Shown here piece after piece: positions 29,588 to 38,850 of a stretch of DNA of 64,000 nucleotides. Positions within the stretch are counted from its first letter, which is position 1. Every line of letters starts with the position of its first letter. A program made the position numbers and the translations under genes. Below the pieces are notes generated by a model. It saw nothing but the letters and a program-made list of their open reading frames with translations. It did not search any database and had not been told where the DNA came from. The stretch is from a virus. The stretch lies in IMG/VR virus record IMGVR_UViG_3300048588_000891, positions 3,563-67,562 of that record. One strand, given 5' to 3'.

Positions 29588-30001
29588 TTACGGCTTTTTG
29601 CCTTCGTTTGCCCGATGCACGCAGTAGCGAAATAAACCCAGGATGTTGTCTGTTAGGCCATTTTCGATGTGCTTATGCACTTTCGTAATGGGAAAGCCGA
29701 TTCCGCCAACATCGAGTTGGATGGCTGGTTCCTGCTCATGGAGCACCCATTTTCCTGCAACGCTGGCCAGAATCGCTTCACCTAGAAAATATCCGCAGGG
29801 ATTGATGATATGCTCAAACTGCTCTGGTCTGCCTTTCGCTCTCAAGTCTTCTATAAATGAGGAAAGTTTTTCGACACCTTGAACGTCATAGGTCAAGCGA
29901 AATCCCATAGTTTCTTCAATAAGTTTTAAAAGCTGCTCTGACTTCGCACGTATATATGCAACTTCGGACTCTTCCAATGGTTCAACTTCAGCCACTTTCA
30001 T
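29588..30001 (-). CDS. Hypothetical protein (moron-like, opposite strand)
   Basis: AAGGAG RBS; GYFLGEAI...GKW...FPITKV pattern. Confidence 0.6.
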   Translation of the reverse strand: MKVAEVEPLEESEVAYIRAKSEQLLKLIEETMGFRLTYDVQGVEKLSSFIEDLRAKGRPEQFEHIINPCGYFLGEAILASVAGKWVLHEQEPAIQLDVGGIGFPITKVHKHIENGLTDNILGLFRYCVHRANEGKKP

Positions 30002-30317
30002 CTCCTTTTTGCGTCCAGTGGGGGCTCTGGATCCATGATTATCACAAATTGCGAGCGATTCAACCTTGCCAAAATCGTCAAGGTAATTATTTGATGGGCA
30101 TTCCCTTTCTTTTCAGGAGTTAAAAAATACTATCAAGCAGTTCACAGGCGGAACTAAAAATGTCTCGATTCAGAGAATTTCTTTGCCCGGATTGCAGTTC
30201 CAAATGTATATTGGCCACGTAGCAAACAGCTCCTCCAAACCGCTGTTTGCAGAAGGGCTTCCGGCTTTGGATTGTTGCCGCCGGAGGCCCTCATAAAGCT
30301 ACAAAAGGAGAAAGATC

Positions 30318-30704
30318 ATGCACACGTTTGAAAAAGAAAATCTGCCTCTCAGGCGAGATGTTTTTGTAGCATTCGCACCGCGGGCCGCTGGCCCGTGGAT
30401 GCTTTTTTTCTGAGGAAAAAATGGAGCACGGATTCCCCATCCTTTGCTGCACTCCTGTCCTCAGATCGAGGACCACTGGATGCAGGCTTTTGAAGTAATA
30501 ATCCCCGAAATTGATGACATCTCCACTATCGAAGCCTCCACAGCGCGGCGCGCCATATTCATTCGACTCGGTGAGCTGGACAAAAGCACGTTCGAAGACT
30601 TCGATGAAATCGAAGTGGTTGTCCGTAACGAACTCGGCATGAAGTCCATTTTCCGTGTCCGGCCAGAGCGCATCTATCGCTACCGCTGCCAGAAGGTGGG
30701 ATAG
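30318..30704 (+). pseudogene. ORF split by in-frame TGA at 30411, or a leader peptide plus downstream gene
   Basis: Strong AAGGAG RBS with ATG 30318; same frame as ORF 30444..30704. Confidence 0.4.
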
Positions 30705-30706
30705 GC

Positions 30707-31570
30707 ATGCAGCCAGGCATTTACCCGGGCCTTTCCATTGAGCGCTATCACGGTTCCGATGGGGTATCGAAGACGGGCCTTGGCCTGCTCGAAGAGGCGC
30801 CAGCGGTCTATCGCTGGGCTCGTGACCATGGCGGCGCGAGCGAAACGAAATCTCTGCGCCTTGGCACTGCGCTTCATGCAGCGATGGAAGGAATTTTCGA
30901 TGAGGTCTATGCGATCGGTCCCGACGCCGCGCGTAACACCAAAATCTGGAAAGACTTTGAGGTTGCCCACCCAGGCAGGATCTGTCTGAAGCCTGATGAG
31001 GCGCGGCCCGTGCTCGAAATGAAGTCGGCCATTCATCGCTACGCGCCCGCAGCTGAGCTGCTCTCAAAGCCAGGCCGTTTCGAGGTCTCTTATTATTGGG
31101 TGGATTCGGAAACCGGGCTTCTTTGCAAATGCAGACCCGATTGGATCAGCGCCGATCAGCGCATCATCGTCGACTTCAAGACAGCGAGGTTCGTGAGCCA
31201 TGCGAAGTTCCAGGACGCGGCCTATAAGCTCCACTATTTTGTTTCAGCTGCGCTCACGATCGAAGGCGTTTATCGGACAACCGGGATACTGCCAGAGCAA
31301 TATATCTTCGTTTGCGTCCAGCCAACTGCTCCCCACCTCGTCGCTGCCTATGAGGCGACGGCTGATGAAATCGCGCTCGGTCGGGACTTTGTCAGTCGAA
31401 ACCTCGCCCTCCTCAAAAAGTGCCTGGAATCTGGCGAGTGGCCGGGGCTTCCAGAGGAAATACGGCCGCTGGGGCTTCCGCGTTATGCACCAAAGCCTGG
31501 CACCGGAGCAGCCATGGACCCTGATCTTATCCACCAGCTCGAACGGGAGTTTTCGGATGTTGCCTGTTAA
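30707..31570 (+). CDS. RecE/exonuclease VIII-like PD-(D/E)xK nuclease (DUF3799-like)
   Basis: YH...GVSKTGL, LGTALHAAME, EVSYYW...CKCRPDWI...IVDFKT. Confidence 0.9.
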   Translation: MQPGIYPGLSIERYHGSDGVSKTGLGLLEEAPAVYRWARDHGGASETKSLRLGTALHAAMEGIFDEVYAIGPDAARNTKIWKDFEVAHPGRICLKPDEARPVLEMKSAIHRYAPAAELLSKPGRFEVSYYWVDSETGLLCKCRPDWISADQRIIVDFKTARFVSHAKFQDAAYKLHYFVSAALTIEGVYRTTGILPEQYIFVCVQPTAPHLVAAYEATADEIALGRDFVSRNLALLKKCLESGEWPGLPEEIRPLGLPRYAPKPGTGAAMDPDLIHQLEREFSDVAC

Positions 31571-32432
31571 GAAGGACCAGAATCTGGATTATTTCACGCC
31601 GGAGAAGATCGACTTCCTGCGCCGGCACTACGCGAAGGATGCGACCCAGGAGGAGTTCGAGCACTTTGTCGAAGTCTGCCGCTCGCGCTCGCTCAGGCCC
31701 GACGCCCGCCAGATCTATTTCATGAAGGCCGGGGGCCGGGCGACCATCGTGCTCTCGATCGACGCCTACAGGCTGATCGCGGAGCGGACTGGCTCCTACG
31801 CCGGGATCAACCCGGTCCAGTACACGCTCGACGCCGAGGGGAAGCCATTCAGCGCCACCATCACAGTCAAAAAAATCGTTCAGGGCCAGATCTGCGATTT
31901 CAGCGCCATGGCCCTGTTCAGCGAGTACACGAAGCCTGGCCGCGACGGCAGGAAGTCGATGTGGGATTCGATGCCACTGAGCATGCTGGAAAAATGTGCG
32001 GAGGCGAAGGCCCTGCGCAAGGCATTCCCCGAGGAGCTGTCCGGCTACTACACAAGGGACGAGATGGAGGGCGCCGATGATGACTTTCAGAAGCCCACCC
32101 GGGCTGAGCCGATCGTGCAGACGACTGATCCCCGGATCAAGGACTGGATTCAGAGAAAGCTCAAGGAGGCTCGCGTACCCGACGCCGAGTGGCCGTCGAT
32201 CATTGATTCACTCAATGGCTTTCCGAAGAATGAGCTTTTGATGGAACTCAAGCACATCATTGACGACCGGAGTGCCGGCGGCGGGGGGATGCCGCGTGAG
32301 CGCTGCCTTCTTTTTCCTGCTGTTTTTACCATTCATGATATTCGCGGCGGGATTTGCTATTGGATCCCATTTTGGAAATCGGAAGTCCTGAGCGTTATGA
32401 AGTTTAAAGTCGCACATACGACTTTAAGGTGA
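31557..32432 (+). CDS. bet: Bet/RecT-family single-strand annealing recombinase
   Basis: QIYFMK...SIDAYRLIAERTG.YAG...WDSMPLSMLEKCAEAKALRKAFP...YTRDEM. Confidence 0.92.
   Translation: MLPVKKDQNLDYFTPEKIDFLRRHYAKDATQEEFEHFVEVCRSRSLRPDARQIYFMKAGGRATIVLSIDAYRLIAERTGSYAGINPVQYTLDAEGKPFSATITVKKIVQGQICDFSAMALFSEYTKPGRDGRKSMWDSMPLSMLEKCAEAKALRKAFPEELSGYYTRDEMEGADDDFQKPTRAEPIVQTTDPRIKDWIQRKLKEARVPDAEWPSIIDSLNGFPKNELLMELKHIIDDRSAGGGGMPRERCLLFPAVFTIHDIRGGICYWIPFWKSEVLSVMKFKVAHTTLR
32404..32427. promoter_or_regulatory. Palindromic site, copy 2
   Basis: TTAAAGTCGCACATACGACTTTAA. Confidence 0.7.
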
Positions 32433-32450
32433 AAAATTGGAGACCCCTGA

Positions 32451-32762
32451 ATGCCACCAAGAAACGATCGAAATCCCACCGATGCTCCGACGCCCACGCC
32501 CAACCCTGAAGGCGATAGAGATCCCGCTCCCCGGGATGAACCCGCGCCGGCATCGCGCTTTATCAGCCTGACCACCGAGCATGGGACACAGATCTGGATC
32601 CAGAGATCCGCGGTCGTGTCTGTGCGGGCGATTGATATGGCTGAGTACAAGCGGATTTTCGGCAAGGATCGAACGGGCCCGCTCTCGATCGTGGAGACGG
32701 CCGCGGAATCCTGGACAGTTGTCCACGAAGCCCAGGTCCTGATCGAGGCGCTTGAAGCATGA
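32451..32762 (+). CDS. Hypothetical protein
   Basis: GGAG RBS; coupled to ssb. Confidence 0.6.
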   Translation: MPPRNDRNPTDAPTPTPNPEGDRDPAPRDEPAPASRFISLTTEHGTQIWIQRSAVVSVRAIDMAEYKRIFGKDRTGPLSIVETAAESWTVVHEAQVLIEALEA

Positions 32763-33190
32763 GCAGCGTAAACAAGGTGATCCTTGTCGGAAATTTAGGA
32801 AAGCCTCCCGAGCTGAAGCATGGGAATTCCGGTGTTGCGACCTGCCGCTTCTCGCTGGCCACTGCCGATCAATGGGTCGATCAGGATGGCCAGAAGCACG
32901 AGAAGACCGAATGGCATCAGATCGTGGCCTTTCGCAAACAGGCTGAGAACGTCGCAAAATACTGCGGCAAGGGCACGAAGGTGTACGTCGAGGGTCGGCT
33001 GTCCACCCGTTCATGGGAGGACCAGAAGGGCCAGAAACGTTACTCGACGGACGTGATCGCCGACGTGGTTCGATTTCTTAGTGCGCCGCGGGAGGAAAGC
33101 CCACGCACCGAGGCTCGCGCTCGAGCGAGCAGGCAGCCGAATGTCTCGGAGCAAATGGGCGATCAGGATCTTGGAGACTTGCCGTTCTAA
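32759..33190 (+). CDS. ssb: Single-stranded DNA-binding protein
   Basis: VNKVILVGNLG...TEWH...VYVEGRL; acidic tail GDLPF. Confidence 0.97.
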   Translation: MSSVNKVILVGNLGKPPELKHGNSGVATCRFSLATADQWVDQDGQKHEKTEWHQIVAFRKQAENVAKYCGKGTKVYVEGRLSTRSWEDQKGQKRYSTDVIADVVRFLSAPREESPRTEARARASRQPNVSEQMGDQDLGDLPF

Positions 33191-33241
33191 AAATTCCCCC
33201 GCCCGTGCGAGTAGGCGGGGGTCACACAATCTTCGCGACAG

Positions 33242-33649
33242 GTGTATAGAGTGCTGCTTCATTTTACCATTCCACTGGAACCAAAGGGCAAAAAAGTTCC
33301 GAGGATCACCCGAAACGGCAGCTTCAAGGATCCCGAAACCCGGGCCGCGATGCAGGCCGTTGCCGATTCCATTCGCGGCCAGTACCGCGGCGAGCCCATG
33401 GACTGCCCACTGCGGGTGTTGATCACAGCCTGGCGAACGAGGCCCAGGAGCAAAAAGCACGAGGTCTGGGCCGACACCAAGCCGGATTACGACAATATCG
33501 AAAAACTGCTCGGCGATGCGCTCGAGGGAATTCTCTGGGTCAACGACAGCCGGATCGTGGATGGCAGGTGCCTGAAGAAATATGCGCCCGAGGATGTCCC
33601 GGGCTGGATCGAGATCGAAGTCGAGCAGCTGGACGCCCGCGCAGGATAG
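33242..33649 (+). CDS. rusA: RusA-family Holliday junction resolvase
   Basis: KPDYDNIEKLLGDALEGILWVNDSRIVD. Confidence 0.92.
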   Translation: MYRVLLHFTIPLEPKGKKVPRITRNGSFKDPETRAAMQAVADSIRGQYRGEPMDCPLRVLITAWRTRPRSKKHEVWADTKPDYDNIEKLLGDALEGILWVNDSRIVDGRCLKKYAPEDVPGWIEIEVEQLDARAG

Positions 33650-33701
33650 GACCAATCGGCCAGGGTTGGCCGCACTTCAATACACGGCGAAGGAACTGGA
33701 A

Positions 33702-33974
33702 ATGGATTTGAATCTGGACACCGTCCAAAGCTTGGCGATCGGGGCCTCCGGTGGGCTGCCCCTGACTCTATTCCTGCTGCATTCGATGAAGGGACTTCGC
33801 GACAGCTACGACAAGCTGCGCGATAGCTTCGACACCTTCAAGGATCGACTCGAAAACCTTTCTGAACGTCTTCAGAAGGTGGAGGTTGTCCTGGAAGTTA
33901 CTCATCAAAAGGAAATCAAGCTGCTCCAGGAAAGGCTTGATCGAATCGAACGAACAATATTTGAAAAAAGGTGA
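33702..33974 (+). CDS. Small TM plus coiled-coil protein (holin-like, lysis region)
   Basis: One hydrophobic helix then a coiled coil; upstream of the endolysin. Confidence 0.5.
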   Translation: MDLNLDTVQSLAIGASGGLPLTLFLLHSMKGLRDSYDKLRDSFDTFKDRLENLSERLQKVEVVLEVTHQKEIKLLQERLDRIERTIFEKR

Positions 33975-33980
33975 TAAAGC

Positions 33981-34286
33981 GTGAGCACATTGGAACAGAT
34001 CGAAAATGAATCGCGGGCGTACTCGAACATCACGACCGAGGAACTTCAGGACATGAGCACCGAGGATCTGCAGGCCCGCATCTCGCGGCTTCTGATCCAG
34101 TTCGAGCAGGCCGAGGACAGCAAGAAAGCGATCAGCGGTGCTTACGGCAGCCTGATCAAGAAAATCCGCACGGACATTCGCGCAATCAATCGTGAGGTCA
34201 GAGAGCGCCCCGAGCGCGATGGCCTGGATCATGTGATCACAGTTGAAAATGTCCAGTCCCTGCATGGCATCGGTTTGCCGGCGTAG
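33981..34286 (+). CDS. Hypothetical coiled-coil protein
   Basis: Co-oriented, tightly packed ORF. Confidence 0.55.
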   Translation: MSTLEQIENESRAYSNITTEELQDMSTEDLQARISRLLIQFEQAEDSKKAISGAYGSLIKKIRTDIRAINREVRERPERDGLDHVITVENVQSLHGIGLPA

Positions 34287-34313
34287 GGCTGGTGTTTTAT
34301 AAGGTTCCGAAAG

Positions 34314-34601
34314 ATGGTTGAAAAGCAAAGTACGAAGGAGACGCTGGAAGTGATTGAACTGGTAGCGACACTTGCAGGTCTGATTTTCAAGGAAATCCGC
34401 GGCGACGGCCTCCAACTGAGCGATGCTGCGAAGATCGTGCTGTCGGCTGACTTCCAGGCAAAGCTCGCTGAAGCGCTCGCTGGCATCACGCTGGTAGGCG
34501 CGGAAATCGAAGACCTTTCCGCTGCAGAAGGTTTTGTGATTGCGAAGCGTCTTCTCACCGCAGCCGAGGACATCGCCCTTGGCTCGAGAAGGGCTGCGTG
34601 A
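34314..34601 (+). CDS. Hypothetical protein
   Basis: Overlaps the endolysin start. Confidence 0.6.
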   Translation: MVEKQSTKETLEVIELVATLAGLIFKEIRGDGLQLSDAAKIVLSADFQAKLAEALAGITLVGAEIEDLSAAEGFVIAKRLLTAAEDIALGSRRAA

Positions 34602-35098
34602 TGGGTTTCCAGGAGGCCGTAGAGCTTGTCCTGGAACTTGAGGGTGGGGGACATATTGTCTCCCATCCCAAAGACCCCGGCGGGCTGACAAAGTATGGAA
34701 TTTCTCTTCGAGCTCACCCGGAACTGGGCGAGGAAGGGATCCGCAACCTGACCGTGGACCAGGCAAAGGAAATCTACCTGCGCGATTACTGGAAGCCGCT
34801 CCGGCTCCATCGCTTCTCACCGCGGCTGGCCCTGCCGCTGTTCGATGCGGGTGTTAACCATGGACTCCACGCAGCGGGCGAACTTCTGCAGCAGGCCCTG
34901 AACCGTCTGGGCGCCGACCTGGTGGTCGATGGGATCCTGGGTGATAAGACCGTCAAGGCGGCAAAGAGTTATGCGCCAAAACGCGTTCTCTCAGCCTTTC
35001 TCGTGGAGCGTCTCCGCTTCTATCGAAGCCTCAAAACCTATGATGTCTTCGGCCCCGGTTGGGAAAAGCGTATAATGGATATCGCGATTTCTGCATGA
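34598..35098 (+). CDS. GH108-family endolysin
   Basis: LEGGG..VSHPKDPGGLTKYGIS; FDAGVNHG; LQQAL...VDGILGDKT; FGPGWEKR. Confidence 0.95.
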   Translation: MMGFQEAVELVLELEGGGHIVSHPKDPGGLTKYGISLRAHPELGEEGIRNLTVDQAKEIYLRDYWKPLRLHRFSPRLALPLFDAGVNHGLHAAGELLQQALNRLGADLVVDGILGDKTVKAAKSYAPKRVLSAFLVERLRFYRSLKTYDVFGPGWEKRIMDIAISA

Positions 35099-35106
35099 GG
35101 TGGACC

Positions 35107-35292
35107 ATGAACAGCGATTTGAAGACGAAACTGTTTGCCAATGTCATTCTGAGTAACAACCAGCCGGCAGCTTTCAAGCTTCCCGCGCGGCCCCGGGTAT
35201 CACTCGGTGGAGCGGCTGCCACCGTGCTCGCGATCCTTTCAGCTGCCGGTCTTGCATTTCTTGTGTGGTCGAAAATTAAACCTCTCTTTTGA
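35107..35292 (+). CDS. Small membrane protein
   Basis: C-terminal TM helix; follows the endolysin. Confidence 0.45.
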   Translation: MNSDLKTKLFANVILSNNQPAAFKLPARPRVSLGGAAATVLAILSAAGLAFLVWSKIKPLF

Positions 35293-35299
35293 GGTGCGA

Positions 35300-35557
35300 A
35301 TGGACTTAGGACAATGTCTCAAGGCTATCCGCATGGACCGCGGCTACTCGCTGCGCGATCTCGCCAGGAAATCGGGTTACTCGCCTGGGTACATCGCGGA
35401 TATTGAATCCGGTCGGCGCCTGCCGAAGTCGTTCGTCCTTGATTGCATTCTGGGTGCCCTCAGCGCTCCCGAGAAAAAGCAGGAATTCTTCTCCATCTAT
35501 CTGGATGCGAGAGTCAGAAGATTTTGCTGGCAATATGCTCTTCGGCGCGGACAATGA
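35300..35557 (+). CDS. XRE-family HTH protein
   Basis: LKAIRMDRGYSLRDLARKSGYSPGYIADIESGRRLP. Confidence 0.9.
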   Translation: MDLGQCLKAIRMDRGYSLRDLARKSGYSPGYIADIESGRRLPKSFVLDCILGALSAPEKKQEFFSIYLDARVRRFCWQYALRRGQ

Positions 35558-35598
35558 TCCAAAACCTGTTTCATGTCAACCAACGATCGTAGCGCAGC

Positions 35599-35621
35599 GT
35601 GTTCGCAGTTTTTGCGAACAG
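35599..35621. promoter_or_regulatory. Palindrome TGTTCGCAG-TTT-YTGCGAACA, copy 1
   Basis: Just upstream of TTCGTC-N17-TATCCT; second copy at 57664. Confidence 0.65.
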
Positions 35622-35697
35622 CAGATTTCTTCGTCTTCACGGCGCGCAGAGGTATCCTTCCAGAAGCCTGATTCAAGGCTTTGGACAAGGAATCGTG

Positions 35698-36447
35698 ATG
35701 ACCGTGAGAAAAAATTTAGGCTGGCTCCCAGATAATGCTGATGAACGCGACTTCATCTATAAAGCGAAAAGATCATCTCAGAAATTCCCCGCGGTGGTCG
35801 ATCATCGAAGGCGCTATTTCCGCGTGTGGGATCAGGGCGATCTAGGCTCATGCACGGCCCAAGCTGCATGCGCGGCCTGCATGTTCCTGGATGTCTATGA
35901 TCAGGACATGCCGGTGGTTCTGCCTTCGCGGCTATTCGTTTACTATGCGACCCGAACTCTCGAAGGTACGAAGAACACCGATTCAGGCGCAACGCTGCGG
36001 AATACCATCAAAGCTATCGCCACCTGGGGATATCCGCCCGAGGATCAATGGCCCTATGACATCAAAAAATTCTCGATTCGTCCTCCAGACCAGGCCATTG
36101 CCGTGGCTGCGAAGGAAAGGATCAAATCCTACGAGCGTCTCGGTCGCGATCTTGATCAGTTCCGTGAGGTGATTGGCGAGGGCCATCCGATCATTCTGGG
36201 CTTCTCGGTCTACCCTTCCATCGACGGTCGCAATGTGCGAAAGACCGGATACATCCCCGTACCGAAGCCAGGCGAGAAGCGCGATGGCGGCCATGCGGTC
36301 CTGGTCTGCGGGTATGATGATACGAAAGAGGCCCTCATCATCAGAAACAGCTGGGGTGACGGCTGGGGCGAGGAAGGTTATGGCTATCTTCCCTACCGCT
36401 TTATCGAGGATCCAAAGCTGTCCGGTGATTTCTGGACCATCCGTTAA
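35698..36447 (+). CDS. Papain-like C1A cysteine peptidase (no signal peptide)
   Basis: DQGDLGSCTA, SRLFVYY, GGHAVLVCGYDD, IRNSWG..WGEEGYGYLPY. Confidence 0.95.
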   Translation: MTVRKNLGWLPDNADERDFIYKAKRSSQKFPAVVDHRRRYFRVWDQGDLGSCTAQAACAACMFLDVYDQDMPVVLPSRLFVYYATRTLEGTKNTDSGATLRNTIKAIATWGYPPEDQWPYDIKKFSIRPPDQAIAVAAKERIKSYERLGRDLDQFREVIGEGHPIILGFSVYPSIDGRNVRKTGYIPVPKPGEKRDGGHAVLVCGYDDTKEALIIRNSWGDGWGEEGYGYLPYRFIEDPKLSGDFWTIR

Positions 36448-36463
36448 ACCTGTCGAGGGCTCG

Positions 36464-37093
36464 ATGCTGATCATTGATGTGATGGACGACAACCGCGCTG
36501 AAAACTGGTCAGCATCTGAGATGATCGAAGAGACGAAACGTCTCATGGCTGCCCTGAACCTGACGGCCGCGCAGGCTACAAAATCCCTGAAGGCTGATAT
36601 GCCTTCCCGTTTCACCCTACGCAAAAACTGGGCGCAAAAAGGGATTCGGTTTGAACGGGCAGATCGCGAGTCTCTTCAGGCTCGCGTTTTTTCGGTGGAT
36701 CCCTGGCTTTTGAAACAGGAAGAGGGTGAGACGTGGAAGCCCAAAGGTCATGTGGCGATCCCGAAAGCGGCCCGTCCATCGGAAAAGTCTCTCATCCCGA
36801 GGTCAATGTTTCCAAATGCCTTGCGCGATCGCAAGGATGTTTTCGCGTTCGACTTTTCCAAAAATGCAGCCTGGAAACCCTATCCGCACCACGGGATTTT
36901 TCAGCGTGTGAGGGGCGGCCAGCACCTCAGGATTCTTTATCTTCTCAAGGATAAAAAGACGACGCCCGCGCGATGGAAATTCAGTGAGCAGGTGGAGGAC
37001 GTGGTCGATGAATACTTTGATCGCTACTACGATGAAGATGAACTCGACAGCTTTTATTGGAAGCAGCAGAGTTATGCGACCGATTTCAGATAG
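36464..37093 (+). CDS. Phage protein, possibly lambda gpZ-like tail completion protein
   Basis: AALNLTA...RFT.R..W...G.R..RA....LQARV pattern; basic. Confidence 0.5.
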   Translation: MLIIDVMDDNRAENWSASEMIEETKRLMAALNLTAAQATKSLKADMPSRFTLRKNWAQKGIRFERADRESLQARVFSVDPWLLKQEEGETWKPKGHVAIPKAARPSEKSLIPRSMFPNALRDRKDVFAFDFSKNAAWKPYPHHGIFQRVRGGQHLRILYLLKDKKTTPARWKFSEQVEDVVDEYFDRYYDEDELDSFYWKQQSYATDFR

Positions 37094-37242
37094 CAGGCCA
37101 TAAAAAAGGGACCGCGTTTCCGCGATCCCTTCCTTCAGCTCTCCCAAGCTGTCCCGGTAATTCTCCTGCGAATTCAGCCTGATGTCAATGGCATTAACCG
37201 GATTCGATAGGGTTTGACGGATACTTTTTTTGGGAGATCAGT

Positions 37243-38016
37243 ATGGAAAAAGTCAGGTTTGGCGATCTTATCAAAATCGGAAGACACACCCTTCTTTGCG
37301 GCGATGCCTCCGAGCCTGCGATGCTCGCGCCGCTCTTCGGCGGCCAGCTGCCGGTTCTGATGGTCACTGACCCGCCCTACGGGGTCAATTTCAAGGTTCG
37401 GGACCGACACGAGCCTGCGACAGTGCTTGCCAAGGCCACGAACCTCGAGGATCTTCGGATCCGCAACGATCATAGAGCGTCGTGGTCCCGTGCATTCCAT
37501 CTGTCCCAGGCGCGGATCGCCTATATATGGCACGCATCGACAGCCACGGACGTCGCAATCCAGGCCGTGCGCGACGGCGACTATGAGCCGCGGCAGATGA
37601 TTATCTGGGCGAAGAACCGGGCAAGCCTGAGTCGTTCAGCGTATCATTGGAAGCACGAAAGCTGCGTCTATGCCGTGCGCTTTGGCGAGACCGCAAACTG
37701 GAAAGGCGACCGGAAACAAACGACCCTTTGGACAGCCGAGGTGCCGCCAGCGAAGGACCGGGTCCACCCCACCCAAAAACCCATCGAACTCTATACCCGC
37801 CCGATCCTCAATCACACTGATGAAGGGGACGTGGTTTACGATCCGTTCGCAGGATCCGGAGTCATCTTCGCAGGCGCGCAGGACACGGGGCGTGTGGCGC
37901 TTGGCGTTGAGATTGAGCCGCTTTTCTGTGAAAAGATCATCGCCCGCCTCGAGAATCATTACCGGCTCAAAGCGAAAACTGTCGGCAATGTGTTTGCGAT
38001 AGGGGAGGGGAAATGA
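37243..38016 (+). CDS. N4/N6 DNA methyltransferase
   Basis: LLCGDA, TDPPYGV, HPTQKPIEL, VYDPFAGSG. Confidence 0.95.
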   Translation: MEKVRFGDLIKIGRHTLLCGDASEPAMLAPLFGGQLPVLMVTDPPYGVNFKVRDRHEPATVLAKATNLEDLRIRNDHRASWSRAFHLSQARIAYIWHASTATDVAIQAVRDGDYEPRQMIIWAKNRASLSRSAYHWKHESCVYAVRFGETANWKGDRKQTTLWTAEVPPAKDRVHPTQKPIELYTRPILNHTDEGDVVYDPFAGSGVIFAGAQDTGRVALGVEIEPLFCEKIIARLENHYRLKAKTVGNVFAIGEGK

Positions 38017-38019
38017 TGA

Positions 38020-38055
38020 ATTATCTTAAAGTCGCATGTGCGATTTTAAGATAAT
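38020..38055. promoter_or_regulatory. Palindromic site, copy 3 (36 bp, one mismatch)
   Basis: ATTATCTTAAAGTCGCA-TG-TGCGATTTTAAGATAAT. Confidence 0.75.
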
Positions 38056-38177
38056 AGATTGCGATTGTGCAACCTAAAGCCGTTTTGCACCCTTTATCCC
38101 AGGCAGGTCGTCCAATCGTTTTCTAACGTGCGAATGGTATGATTCGCATGTCTGACTTCCATCAGCAGGAGTCTTCC

Positions 38178-38372
38178 GTGACAAAAAATCAATTCGTCAA
38201 ATATCTGAAAGACCATGGCTTCCGACTCGTCAGGAACGGCACGCATGCCTATTATTCTGATGGAGCCAGCAAAGTAACTGTCAGCCACGGCTCCAAGGTT
38301 AATCCCGAGTGCATTCACCACGCACGCCTGGCAATAAAAAAGCAGGGCCGGCGCCGGCAGATTGCCAGCTAA
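38178..38372 (+). CDS. HicA-like toxin
   Basis: VKYLKDHGFRLVRNGTHAYY...VTVSHGSKV; AGGAG RBS. Confidence 0.7.
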   Translation: MTKNQFVKYLKDHGFRLVRNGTHAYYSDGASKVTVSHGSKVNPECIHHARLAIKKQGRRRQIAS

Positions 38373-38465
38373 AGGTCGCAATAATCGGAATCAAGTAGTG
38401 TCATGAGTTGTAGGGGCTGCTCAGGCGGCCTCACCATTTCCATCATCCTTGGAGATTCCCGCCCT

Positions 38466-38825
38466 ATGAGCAGTGCTGTTGATCGTATTCGAGCCGAAGC
38501 CCTTGCAGAAATTCAGGACGCTTTGATCATGATGGACGCCAAAATGGCAAATCTAACTCAGGACGATCCTGAGCTCCATGGTTTGGAGCCGCCAGAAACC
38601 AAGGCACGCCTGGAGCGAACAGCAATAGCGCTGGATGAGATACGGGAGCATGTGCGGCAGGCATACGGTGAGCGAGCAAAGGTGCCCGGACGCCTGGTCC
38701 ATCTCTGGCTTGAAATCCGGACCAAGGCCATCAGGGCCAAGAAAACCGCGGCGCAGCCGAAGCCGATGAACATTCGAGTGCTCAGGCGGCAGGAGAGTGA
38801 GCAGCGATCCCTGTGGAGAGTCTGA
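38466..38825 (+). CDS. Hypothetical helical protein
   Basis: GGAG RBS; not HicB-like. Confidence 0.5.
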   Translation: MSSAVDRIRAEALAEIQDALIMMDAKMANLTQDDPELHGLEPPETKARLERTAIALDEIREHVRQAYGERAKVPGRLVHLWLEIRTKAIRAKKTAAQPKPMNIRVLRRQESEQRSLWRV

Positions 38826-38850
38826 GGCCCCGGCGGAGGCCCCGCGACCT

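Noticed and set aside
38020-38055. Protelomerase telRL or dif site
   Set aside because: No protelomerase in the window, three dispersed copies with different centres, and no XerD-arm match.
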